Source: Alphaproteobacteria bacterium (GTDB lineage Bacteria; Pseudomonadota; Alphaproteobacteria; RF32; CAG-239). From it: a DNA stretch of 64,000 bases. The notes below the pieces were generated by a model that saw only the letters and a list, made by a program, of their open reading frames with translations, had not been told where the DNA came from and did not search any database. The stretch lies in assembly GCA_017471705.1 (NCBI GenBank), contig JAFUSH010000046.1, forward strand, positions 252 to 64,251. The letters run 5' to 3'. This document shows, one piece after another, positions 56,151 to 64,000 of this stretch (its first letter is position 1; every line of letters starts with the position of its first letter). A program made the position numbers and the translations under genes.

Positions 56151-56174
56151 TTTTTTCCTTTCAAAAAATTAAAA

Positions 56175-56259
56175 ACCTTTACTTTCTTTTTGAAAAAGTA
56201 AAGGATAATCAAATAATCTTTACTTTTCCGCTTGACTTGTAAAGGATAATTTGATACAT
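56175..56259 (+). promoter_or_regulatory. fic promoter/operator region
   Basis: TTGACT (56231), 17 bp, TACATT (56254). GTAAAGGATAAT occurs twice (56197, 56238). A 10-bp inverted repeat CCTTTACTTT/AAAGTAAAGG lies at 56175-56203. Confidence 0.45.
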
Positions 56260-56287
56260 TTAGGTTTGTTAAAACAAAGGAGATACT

Positions 56288-57445
56288 ATGAAACGTGATA
56301 TTCAAGGCACTTTAGTCAAATGTTCAATAACATCTGAAGCATATCAAGCCTATGTTCCAAACCCATTACCTCCGAAGCCAGATATTAATTTATCTGAAGT
56401 TTCGGTATTGCTTGAAAAAGCTAACCAAGCTATTGGTCAATTAAACGGTGTCGTTGAAACTACCGCAGATCCGTCTATTCTTAATTATATGTACGTCCGT
56501 AAAGAAGCAGTTCTTTCCTCGCAAATTGAGGGAACTCAATCAACATTGGATGACCTCTTAAAATATGAATCAGAGCAGATCCATGGTATTCCTGTTGCTG
56601 ATGCATCGGAAGTATCATCTTATGTTGCGGCCCTAAACCATGGGTTACAGAGAATTAAGGAAGGTTTTCCTTTGTCTTTACGTTTGATTAGAGAAATTCA
56701 TAAAATTCTTCTCACAAATTCTCGCGGTCAAACAAAATTGCCGGGCGAATTTCGTTCGTCACAAAACTGGATTGGTGGAACACGTCCTGGCAATGCTCGA
56801 TTTATTCCTGTTCCTCCGGACAAACTAATGGCAGTTTTAGGTGACTTGGAACTTTTCATGAATAATGAAGATACTATTCCAGATCTGATAAAAGCGGCAC
56901 TTATACATGTACAATTTGAAACCATTCACCCGTTTTTAGATGGAAATGGAAGACTTGGCAGACTTTTAATAACATTCTTCTTGTGTGTAAAAGGTGTTTT
57001 AGATTCTCCTTTCTTATATCTGAGTTTGTTTTTCAAAAAGAACCGCGCGCTTTATTACGATGCCCTAAACGGTGTTCGTAAAGATGGCGATTGGGAAAAT
57101 TGGATCAAGTTTTTCTTAGAAGGTGTTATTGAAACCGCCAATGACGCCAAAGCAACACTTATCGCGATTCAAAATATTTTTTCAGCAGATAGTGAAAAAA
57201 TTAAAACACTTGGCCGTGCATCTCAATCAGCTCAGAAAGTATTTACAGCCTTTCAAAAGAAGCCTATGTTGACGGTTGCAGAGATCGTAAAAATGATTGG
57301 TTCTACAAAACCAACCGTTATTAAATCTTTAAAGCACCTCATGGACTTGGGCATTATTGAGAATAATTCTGAGAAAAAATGGGGTCAAATGTACACTTAC
57401 AAAGGTTATACAGACCTTTTATCGGCAGATGTTGATCCATTGTAA
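56288..57445 (+). CDS. Fic-domain protein (AMPylase family)
   Basis: Canonical Fic motif 'HPFLDGNGRLGRLL'. C-terminal wHTH-like region. It is on the opposite strand within the head module. Confidence 0.9.
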   Translation: MKRDIQGTLVKCSITSEAYQAYVPNPLPPKPDINLSEVSVLLEKANQAIGQLNGVVETTADPSILNYMYVRKEAVLSSQIEGTQSTLDDLLKYESEQIHGIPVADASEVSSYVAALNHGLQRIKEGFPLSLRLIREIHKILLTNSRGQTKLPGEFRSSQNWIGGTRPGNARFIPVPPDKLMAVLGDLELFMNNEDTIPDLIKAALIHVQFETIHPFLDGNGRLGRLLITFFLCVKGVLDSPFLYLSLFFKKNRALYYDALNGVRKDGDWENWIKFFLEGVIETANDAKATLIAIQNIFSADSEKIKTLGRASQSAQKVFTAFQKKPMLTVAEIVKMIGSTKPTVIKSLKHLMDLGIIENNSEKKWGQMYTYKGYTDLLSADVDPL

Positions 57446-57459
57446 AATTACCAGGTATT

Positions 57460-58956
57460 CTAAGAAAAATTACCAGATTCATCTGTTTCTTGTGTATTGT
57501 CCTCCTTTCGGGTTAAATCTTCTGCTGTTAAACCTAATTCGGCGAGTTTGGCTTTTTCTCTCGCACGTTGTTCCAAAACTTCTTCCCAGTCCAAGCCTTG
57601 ACCGGCACATTCGGCCTCCAATGTTGAAAGCCCGATGTCCATTCGGATTTGGCAGGCCTGAGCTTCTTTGACCGGGTCAACCCAGCCGCGACCCGGACCG
57701 ATCCACTTACACCTTGTGTAGGCATAGCGGTTCTCGTAAAAGTCCGGTGCATCAACCAAGCCTTTATTGACTGCTTCTTCGAGCCAAAGTTCATAAACCG
57801 GCGTGGCCCAGTAAGTAGAAAGCCATTGCCGGCGACCGTTAAAGTATCGCCAAGCTTCCAGTAAAGCCGACCGGGCGGACGAGTAATTCGTCTTTGAAAA
57901 GTCTTTCAAGAGCAATTCATAAGGAATGTTAAGGCCGGTTCCGATATGGCGGAGCAAGTTTTCAACGAAAGCTCCATAAGCCGAGTTCGGTCGTGATGGT
58001 GTGAATGGCGCGACCTTATCACCAGGAAAAACAGGGATGATAGAGCCACCTTCAAGTTTAACCTGCCAATCCTTTTTCGCAGACAGGTAATCATCACTTG
58101 AGCCGCCGAACAGTTCGTTCAGGCTTTCGCCATCCATCGGAGTTTCAATAAATGCGGCTATCATTGCGTTGACGATCGCGGCCTGAAGCTCGGATCGCTC
58201 GTAATGGTCCAACATTTTGAACATCGGCATTATGGAACTGAGGACAGGCTTTCCACGAGATTGGCCAATACGGCTGATGTCGTGAACGTGTAGAACTCGT
58301 CTCCGGCCAAATGAAGTAAATGCCGGAATACGCTCCCAAGACGCAGTTCCTGTCCAAAAGTCGCCCGGGTGGTCTTTTTGAATATAGTAGGCAACGGGTG
58401 CGCCATATTTATCTATTTCAATACCACCGCGGAGGGTTTTGCTATCCGTTTGGCCGTTTGGATTAGACAGCCGGTCGGGCTCTACCAACTGAATGGCGGT
58501 AGAAAACTTCCGGTCTTTCAGCCATAGCGGAATAGCCAAAGCCTCGCCGTTGATCAGGCAAGACTTGAAAACTTGTGCCGTCAGGCCATGAAAAGTTAAG
58601 GACTTGGCCGCATCACATTCAAAAGTTTCGGACCAGGATCGCCATAAACTTTCAACATGTGCCTGCCATTCTTCTTCCCATTCCTTGGTTTTGCCCAGTA
58701 GCCGATAGTCCGGCTTGGCCGATAAACGAAACCCGGTGCCGACAATGTTATCGGACAAGGTCTGCATTGCACCGGCGGCAATTCCATGATTCCGCGTTAA
58801 GTCACGCGACCGGGCAACAATCGTGTCCAATTCCGGCAACAAATCGCTGTCGGCAGAACCGCGGCCCGGAAGCCATGAGGCAATTTCTCGCAAAGTTTGC
58901 GAAGCTGCTTTGTGTGATGTGTCTGTCATTGATTTTTCCTTATATATGTTGTACAA
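57460..58956 (-). CDS. portal protein, lambda gpB family
   Basis: 498 aa, between gpW and the protease. 'RNHGIAAGAMQTLSDNIVGTGFRL' is portal-like. Confidence 0.8.
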   Translation of the reverse strand: MYNIYKEKSMTDTSHKAASQTLREIASWLPGRGSADSDLLPELDTIVARSRDLTRNHGIAAGAMQTLSDNIVGTGFRLSAKPDYRLLGKTKEWEEEWQAHVESLWRSWSETFECDAAKSLTFHGLTAQVFKSCLINGEALAIPLWLKDRKFSTAIQLVEPDRLSNPNGQTDSKTLRGGIEIDKYGAPVAYYIQKDHPGDFWTGTASWERIPAFTSFGRRRVLHVHDISRIGQSRGKPVLSSIMPMFKMLDHYERSELQAAIVNAMIAAFIETPMDGESLNELFGGSSDDYLSAKKDWQVKLEGGSIIPVFPGDKVAPFTPSRPNSAYGAFVENLLRHIGTGLNIPYELLLKDFSKTNYSSARSALLEAWRYFNGRRQWLSTYWATPVYELWLEEAVNKGLVDAPDFYENRYAYTRCKWIGPGRGWVDPVKEAQACQIRMDIGLSTLEAECAGQGLDWEEVLEQRAREKAKLAELGLTAEDLTRKEDNTQETDESGNFS

Positions 58957-58986
58957 TTAAATTCTTTCTAACAAAAGGAGTATAAA

Positions 58987-59292
58987 ATGGAATTTGTCTT
59001 GATAATAAAAGTAGAGGATCCCTCAATTGCTGCTGATTTGAATACTAGAGGACCTCATAATCCTGATCCCAATAAAAAAGAAGGCATAAAAGTCATATCA
59101 GAACATGGTTTTAGGGAATTGAACAACAATGATGGTAAATTACATGGTAAAATTCAAAGTCGAGTATTTTACTGTCAAGATTGTAATCCTGGAGATCCAT
59201 ATACCATTAAATTATCACCATACCAAGATGTTACTGGTCATATTCTTGACAATAGAGAATTTGAAATAGTTGATTATCCCCCAAAAAAATAG
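58987..59292 (+). CDS. hypothetical protein (plus-strand moron)
   Basis: 101 aa, AT-rich, with AAGGAG upstream. It lies between the portal and gpW genes on the opposite strand. Confidence 0.45.
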   Translation: MEFVLIIKVEDPSIAADLNTRGPHNPDPNKKEGIKVISEHGFRELNNNDGKLHGKIQSRVFYCQDCNPGDPYTIKLSPYQDVTGHILDNREFEIVDYPPKK

Positions 59293-59293
59293 G

Positions 59294-59533
59294 CTAAAAA
59301 CTCACTTTCATTATCCGGCGGCGGCATGTTGGTGTGCCTTCAGCCGCGGCAATTTGCGATTTAAGAGAGCTGATGTAGCTTTCAAGGGCTGTTCGGCTCG
59401 CTTGGTTATAGGTTGTTGTGCCAAAGTTGCCAACGCTGACCGAGACTTCCTTTTCGCCGATCATCAATTTATGGTAGGCTTCTTCGGCCTCAACCAGTCT
59501 TGTTTTCAAAATTTCAATATTTGTTATAGCCAT
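59294..59533 (-). CDS. head-to-tail joining protein gpW-like
   Basis: 79 aa between terL and the portal. 'LVEAEEAYHKLMIGEKEVSV' is gpW-like. Confidence 0.6.
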   Translation of the reverse strand: MAITNIEILKTRLVEAEEAYHKLMIGEKEVSVSVGNFGTTTYNQASRTALESYISSLKSQIAAAEGTPTCRRRIMKVSF

Positions 59534-61464
59534 GGGTCATTCACCTTTGTTGGTTGGATTTGAATAAATTTCGGTTGCTTTTTAACTTTTGCCTTTTGGT
59601 TCGGTTCCTTTGGTATAGCCGCTTCCAGTTCTTGCCAGCCGCGCTCGGATATCCGGTCAAGACCGTAAATTGCCGCACCGGCACGCGCATATACGCGGCA
59701 GTCTAAGGCTTCGTTTCGCCGGGTCGGGTCTTTTTCCCAAACTGACTTCGGATAACCGTTGGTCACCTTGACGATTTGGCGTTCAGCGGTCAGCTGTTTG
59801 AAATACTCCTCAGCGTATGCCGGGAAGTGACAGCGGCCGAACTGTGAAGCATCTTCGCCGACACGTTCCATTTTCAGCCATCGGTAAAGCTCGGTTTTGA
59901 TAACCGGACCGGACACGTTCCACACCTTCAGGCCTTTTTTTTTCGTGTCAGCCTTAGAGGTCGAGAGGATCATCGCTGTATCGCGGCTTTGACCTTTAAT
60001 AGCAACAACAGTCCTTGGCGCATTGGCCCTGGCACCGTTACCACCCCAAACGGCTTGGTTAAACTGGCGGACAAAGGAGTAAACGTCTTGCGTGGCATAA
60101 CCGGAGTCAACGCACATCACCCGGATCGGCATTGTGATCCCGCTTTCGTGCGGATAGTCCTTATTGACCACATCGGCGAGTTTGGCCCAAACCTCCGGCT
60201 TGGCGGTATCACCGTCTAAAACATAATAGTCAACAGACCAACTTTGCTTTTGCCGGTCCCAAGCGACCACTTCGCATTCGATACGGTTCTTTTGAATATC
60301 CACGCCGGCGGTCAGGAATAAACCATCACGCGGCACAACGCCCATCGGGTAATTTTCCCGAGTTTCGTAGAGCCGTTGCCATTCCGGAGCCTCGCTTTCT
60401 TGCTCGTAGGTTTCGCCTAAAATAGTATTCCGGAAGCCTTGCATCAACGTGGCATCTTTCTTGGCTTTTTCGTAAATTTGCACGCATTCAGCCCAGGACA
60501 ACCACCCGACCGGGGAGTAAAGCGAGGACAGATGAAAGCCTGCGGTTAATCCGTCAATTGACTGCGCTGTAGCTTCCCAATGTCCAGATTCCAACATCTG
60601 CGTTTTATAATGCTCGGCAATGAGCTTATGGCAATGTTCGCATTCATAAAAGACGATGCCGTCTTCTTGTGGCCGGATTTGCTCCCATTTAAGGGCTTGA
60701 AAGCCGCCACAGAACGGGCAAGGAAGTTTATAGAACCTTTGGTCCGAGTGCGAAAACTCGCGCTCAATGGCCGAAACTCCCTTTATTGTCGGCGTTGAAA
60801 CCAGGAATATCTTTTTCTTGGTGCTGAACGTCGCTGTTCTTCGCTCTGCCAGCAGGATCGGATCACCTTCGCCCTCGATATCGGCCGGATAACCGTCAAT
60901 TTCATCCATAAACAGGTATCTTGCCGGCATGGAACGCAGTCCAACGGCCGAATTCGCACCGGTCATCACCAACACGCCGCCTTGGAAGTCCTTTGACAGC
61001 ATGGTGTTGCCTTTATCGCGTGACCGGGCGGTACTGACCAGGTTTTTAAGTGCCGGACAGTCCTCGATCAGCGGATCAATACGCTGGCGCGAGTTACGCT
61101 TGGCCATTTCCACAGTCGGCGAGATGGCCATAATCGGACCGGGTGCCTTGTGGATGATGTAGCCGATCCAGTTATTGCCGCATTCGGTGCCGCCGATCTG
61201 TGCGCCTTTCATAAAAACGACCTTTTGAATTGGTGACCTTGGCGATAGGCAGTCCATTATCTCTTTCAGGTAAGGTGTACGCTTGGTGCGCCAGCGACCG
61301 GGTTCTGCGGCCGACTTTGACGACAAGGTCCGGTACGCATCAGCCCAGTCCGACACCGACATGTAGCTGTCCGGTTCTAATCCCCGGAATATCTCTGATG
61401 CAATAAAACCCTGCAAATCAAAGGTTTCGATTGAGGAGTTCTTCGCTGTTTGAAAGGAGTTCAC
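59524..61464 (-). CDS. terL: terminase large subunit (gpA family)
   Basis: Walker A-like 'KGAQIGGTE' and 'LFMDEIDGYP'. Cys cluster 'CPFCGG...CEHC'. 646 aa. Confidence 0.85.
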   Translation of the reverse strand: MNSFQTAKNSSIETFDLQGFIASEIFRGLEPDSYMSVSDWADAYRTLSSKSAAEPGRWRTKRTPYLKEIMDCLSPRSPIQKVVFMKGAQIGGTECGNNWIGYIIHKAPGPIMAISPTVEMAKRNSRQRIDPLIEDCPALKNLVSTARSRDKGNTMLSKDFQGGVLVMTGANSAVGLRSMPARYLFMDEIDGYPADIEGEGDPILLAERRTATFSTKKKIFLVSTPTIKGVSAIEREFSHSDQRFYKLPCPFCGGFQALKWEQIRPQEDGIVFYECEHCHKLIAEHYKTQMLESGHWEATAQSIDGLTAGFHLSSLYSPVGWLSWAECVQIYEKAKKDATLMQGFRNTILGETYEQESEAPEWQRLYETRENYPMGVVPRDGLFLTAGVDIQKNRIECEVVAWDRQKQSWSVDYYVLDGDTAKPEVWAKLADVVNKDYPHESGITMPIRVMCVDSGYATQDVYSFVRQFNQAVWGGNGARANAPRTVVAIKGQSRDTAMILSTSKADTKKKGLKVWNVSGPVIKTELYRWLKMERVGEDASQFGRCHFPAYAEEYFKQLTAERQIVKVTNGYPKSVWEKDPTRRNEALDCRVYARAGAAIYGLDRISERGWQELEAAIPKEPNQKAKVKKQPKFIQIQPTKVNDPWL

Positions 61465-61927
61465 TGATATATTTCTCCAAAATCAATGTTGTTGTGTGTT
61501 CATCCGTATTCAGCTCGGAAGCAATAATTGCACCGTAGCGCACCGGAAAGCTCAACATCAGATCTCTGATGGAGCGGCCCAATGTGTATGCGTACTGTGC
61601 GGCTTTCTTTTTATCTACGACTTCGCCATTCAAAACCCTCAGTTTTGCCTTGGCGATCATGGCCCGGTAATAAATATCGGCCGTTTTGGCCTGTTGAAAG
61701 GTTCCCATGTTGTTGGGCCGGCTTTCAATCTGAGATTCAAATATCGGATCGGGTTTGCGCTGTTTTGACTGGTCGGTATTGATAAACCAGTCCCGATTGG
61801 CTTCTTCCACGTCTATCTTGCCATCAGGCTCGGTATGTATGCGGCCTGATTTGATTGCATTCTGAACAGCACTCAAATTTACGCCACGAAGTCGGGCATA
61901 TTCCCGCATTGACACTTTATTTGCCAT
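61418..61927 (-). CDS. terS: terminase small subunit
   Basis: N-terminal HTH 'MREYARLRGVNLSAVQNAIKSGRI', directly upstream of terL. Confidence 0.7.
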   Translation of the reverse strand: MANKVSMREYARLRGVNLSAVQNAIKSGRIHTEPDGKIDVEEANRDWFINTDQSKQRKPDPIFESQIESRPNNMGTFQQAKTADIYYRAMIAKAKLRVLNGEVVDKKKAAQYAYTLGRSIRDLMLSFPVRYGAIIASELNTDEHTTTLILEKYISELLSNSEELLNRNL

Positions 61928-62017
61928 ATTTCTTCACTTTCTTGCATTATTTACTGGATATAATTTTATTTCCAAGCATGTATTGTGTTGTGTTAACCAG
62001 ATAGAAAGGAAATCAAA

Positions 62018-62380
62018 ATGACAACACAAAAGAAAAGCTCAAAAGCTAAAGCTACGACAAAAAAATCAACCTCCAGTATTACTGATAAAGAGTTAGGTAA
62101 CATACTGGCCGAAACCTTAAACAAGGTAGCGGAAACAGAGCCAAATGCCACACAGCCGCAAGCGGTCACGATAGACAAGCGCGATAAAACAGCCTTTATG
62201 GTAGTTATGCTGAGCCGTCCGGAAGGTGCTACCCTCAAAGAGATGGCCGAAGCTCTCGGGTGGAAAGAAAACTCCATACGCGGTGCAATGTCAGCCTACG
62301 CTAAAAAGACCGGCGGAACCATAAACTCCGAAAAGAAAGACAGGATCCGCACATACTTTTATAAAGCTAAAGCCGAATAA
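62018..62380 (+). CDS. DUF3489-like small protein
   Basis: 'MLSRPEGATLKEMAEALGWKENSIRGAMS' resembles the DUF3489 wHTH. It is divergent from terS. Confidence 0.5.
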   Translation: MTTQKKSSKAKATTKKSTSSITDKELGNILAETLNKVAETEPNATQPQAVTIDKRDKTAFMVVMLSRPEGATLKEMAEALGWKENSIRGAMSAYAKKTGGTINSEKKDRIRTYFYKAKAE

Positions 62381-62450
62381 TTATTATCCAGTAAAAAAGG
62401 GGCGGTTGAATCCGCTCCTTAATTTCTTGCTGTTCTGCCAAAAATTGGCG

Positions 62451-62648
62451 TTACTCAACGTTAAACCATTCCATGCAGGTGGCAAGTAAGTGGTCGTAAT
62501 TGCCGGAAGTCGCTTCAGCCTGAAAGGCTTCGCGTTCTTCTTGGCTTAGTCCGGCCCGGCGCATAGCCTGTAAACATATACCTAATATATTAAATGCGTT
62601 GCCGTCTTTACCGGTCAGTTTGACCGTAATATCAGGATATTTTGGCAT
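62451..62648 (-). CDS. small phage protein
   Basis: The start is set at 'MPKYPDITV', with GGAGG upstream. 65 aa. Confidence 0.4.
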   Translation of the reverse strand: MPKYPDITVKLTGKDGNAFNILGICLQAMRRAGLSQEEREAFQAEATSGNYDHLLATCMEWFNVE

Positions 62649-63003
62649 GCTGTTCCTCCATTTTTTTGAGTTCGTTAAATACGTCAAGGCGGCGGTTAAC
62701 AGCCTCTTGTGCGACAAAGACCGTTGCACCGCCGTCTTTTAGAGCCACAAAGCAAACCAAGAGGTCGATCTTTTCTTTTGCCAGTGCATCATGGACCTCG
62801 TTGAACGTGTGGCTCAGTTCCTCGAGCCGTTTGTCTGCCACTTGGCAGTATTTCTTTTTCTTCGGCTGAGGGTGCGGTTGGTAACCATAGTAATTATTAC
62901 CAACAGCGATCAGCATGGTATCAACCGCACAATTGTGTTTGTTAATGGTTCCTGCGGCCTCTTTAATCTTGACCATCAAATCTTCAGGTACTTCTTTATA
63001 CAT
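62632..63003 (-). CDS. phage hypothetical protein
   Basis: The start is set at 'MYKEVPED', with GGAGGG upstream. Confidence 0.4.
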   Translation of the reverse strand: MYKEVPEDLMVKIKEAAGTINKHNCAVDTMLIAVGNNYYGYQPHPQPKKKKYCQVADKRLEELSHTFNEVHDALAKEKIDLLVCFVALKDGGATVFVAQEAVNRRLDVFNELKKMEEQHAKIS

Positions 63004-63004
63004 T

Positions 63005-63496
63005 TTAATCCCTCCAAATCGGTAATATGTCACCGCTATCCAGGTCTGAGCTGTAACCCAGGAGCTTTTTCATTTCGTCTTGTGAGTGCAGGCTTACGCC
63101 GCCGATGCACTTTATCGTTACGCCGTAGGTCTTGCAGAGTTTGGTTAAATCCTTGGCAAAGTTCTCATAAGCGCGTGGCTTTACGTCTGGGAATGCTTTC
63201 GGGTCCACGTAGTAACGGTATTCTTTAATCAGGCGGATCGTACTCATTTGCCTTTTAAATACCGAGGCGAATGTTTCCAAGTTGGTGCTGAGCTCCTCGG
63301 CGAACTCGTCAGCGATGTGGCGGCCCCAGCGGCTGTCCATCAGGCCTAGGGTTTGTTGCGGGGTTAAGCCCTTGGATTGGATTATCTCGGCGGCCTTATC
63401 CCAAAATGCCTGCATTTCCTTTTTATGTTCTATATGGTTGCTGGCGGTTCCCCAAAATCCCCAGGTTTTGTTTTGTGTCTTTAAAATCTCAGTCAT
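63005..63496 (-). CDS. phage hypothetical protein
   Basis: 163-aa ORF, tightly packed with its neighbours. Confidence 0.4.
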   Translation of the reverse strand: MTEILKTQNKTWGFWGTASNHIEHKKEMQAFWDKAAEIIQSKGLTPQQTLGLMDSRWGRHIADEFAEELSTNLETFASVFKRQMSTIRLIKEYRYYVDPKAFPDVKPRAYENFAKDLTKLCKTYGVTIKCIGGVSLHSQDEMKKLLGYSSDLDSGDILPIWRD

Positions 63497-63508
63497 TGTT
63501 TTTCCTTT

Positions 63509-63805
63509 CTAGTTAATGCTGATTTCAAATCTTTGGCTTTCGTTTTCCGGCTTTTTCTTTAAGACCCCGTTGCGTTCCAGGACCTCGGCTATTTCGTCCC
63601 GGTCGCCGGACCAGGAGAGGTAACATTCACCGAGTATGTTTAATTCCTCCTTATCTTGCCTGTGGTAAAAGACTACCTTTTTGGCATCCATCGGTACCTC
63701 GGCCCAGGCGCAGGTTTGACAGCACATAAAGTTTTGTCTTGCAAAATATCCGAGCTTGCGGAGCTCCTTAAATGCTTGGTTCAGGTTTGCTTTCTTGTTC
63801 ATCAT
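63509..63805 (-). CDS. phage hypothetical protein (Cys-containing)
   Basis: 98 aa with 'FMCCQTCAW'. No family recognised. Confidence 0.4.
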   Translation of the reverse strand: MMNKKANLNQAFKELRKLGYFARQNFMCCQTCAWAEVPMDAKKVVFYHRQDKEELNILGECYLSWSGDRDEIAEVLERNGVLKKKPENESQRFEISIN

Positions 63806-64000
63806 GGCGACCTCCTTATTTAACCTCTATGCCTAAGTATCTGCAGTAGCTTGAGCCTGACGGGTCAGCGTAAAGTGTCGGCTGACTGTCTGCTGTAATC
63901 TCAACCACCTGGCGGTATTCGTGCTCATCGCAGTAGCCGCCTTTGCCTTTTAAGAAGCCGTAGTCGTTAAGTGGGCTCTTGCATACTCTTTTATGTTCGG

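Larger units (their letters stand above)
37096..64000 (-). mobile_element. lambda-like siphovirus prophage (late region; continues past the right edge)
   Basis: Gene order is collinear: terS-terL-W-portal-protease-D-E-connectors-tube-G/T-TMP-M-fibres-L-K-I/J-lysis cassette. Confidence 0.85.

Overview
This 64-kb window comes from a diderm bacterium (genes with Shine-Dalgarno leaders, a lipoprotein spanin) and is almost entirely accessory DNA.

(i) 0.5-1.6 kb: a CAT-family acetyltransferase and a low-molecular-weight protein-tyrosine phosphatase.

(ii) About 1.6-19.3 kb: a defence island carrying a recombinase.
- A very AT-rich cassette of DNA methyltransferase, MORC/GHKL-fused histidine kinase and receiver-domain protein. 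This is my best candidate for an undescribed defence system.
- A complete type I R-M (hsdR, hsdS, a small ORF, hsdM).
- An AAA/DUF4143-like ATPase, an orphan AT-rich gene and a MIF-like tautomerase.
- A wHTH protein, a large serine recombinase and a DUF2924-like protein.
- A roughly 0.8-kb array of repeats, each a promoter-like element plus a hairpin.

(iii) 20.7-36.5 kb: a WYL regulator and an Ssp-type phosphorothioation system (sspA, sspBCD). A five-gene operon abuts it tail-to-tail. That operon encodes a 1150-aa protein with three RNAP alpha-CTD-like repeats and a sigma region-4 HTH, a PLD-helicase, a 66-aa ORF, an SMC/DndD-like ATPase and a 168-aa protein.

(iv) An HU gene.

(v) About 37.1 kb to the right edge: a lambda-like siphovirus prophage, with packaging, head, tail and lysis genes all on the minus strand.
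- Morons: hipBA, a secreted 21-aa-repeat protein, Fic and small plus-strand ORFs.
- Three tandem tail-fibre paralogues.
- An in-frame amber codon in the I/J-like tail-tip gene and a homopolymer frameshift in the K-like gene.
- Two strongly structured non-coding elements.

I saw no rRNA, tRNA or CRISPR array. All family calls rest on motif recognition by eye, not on searches. Start codons are provisional.
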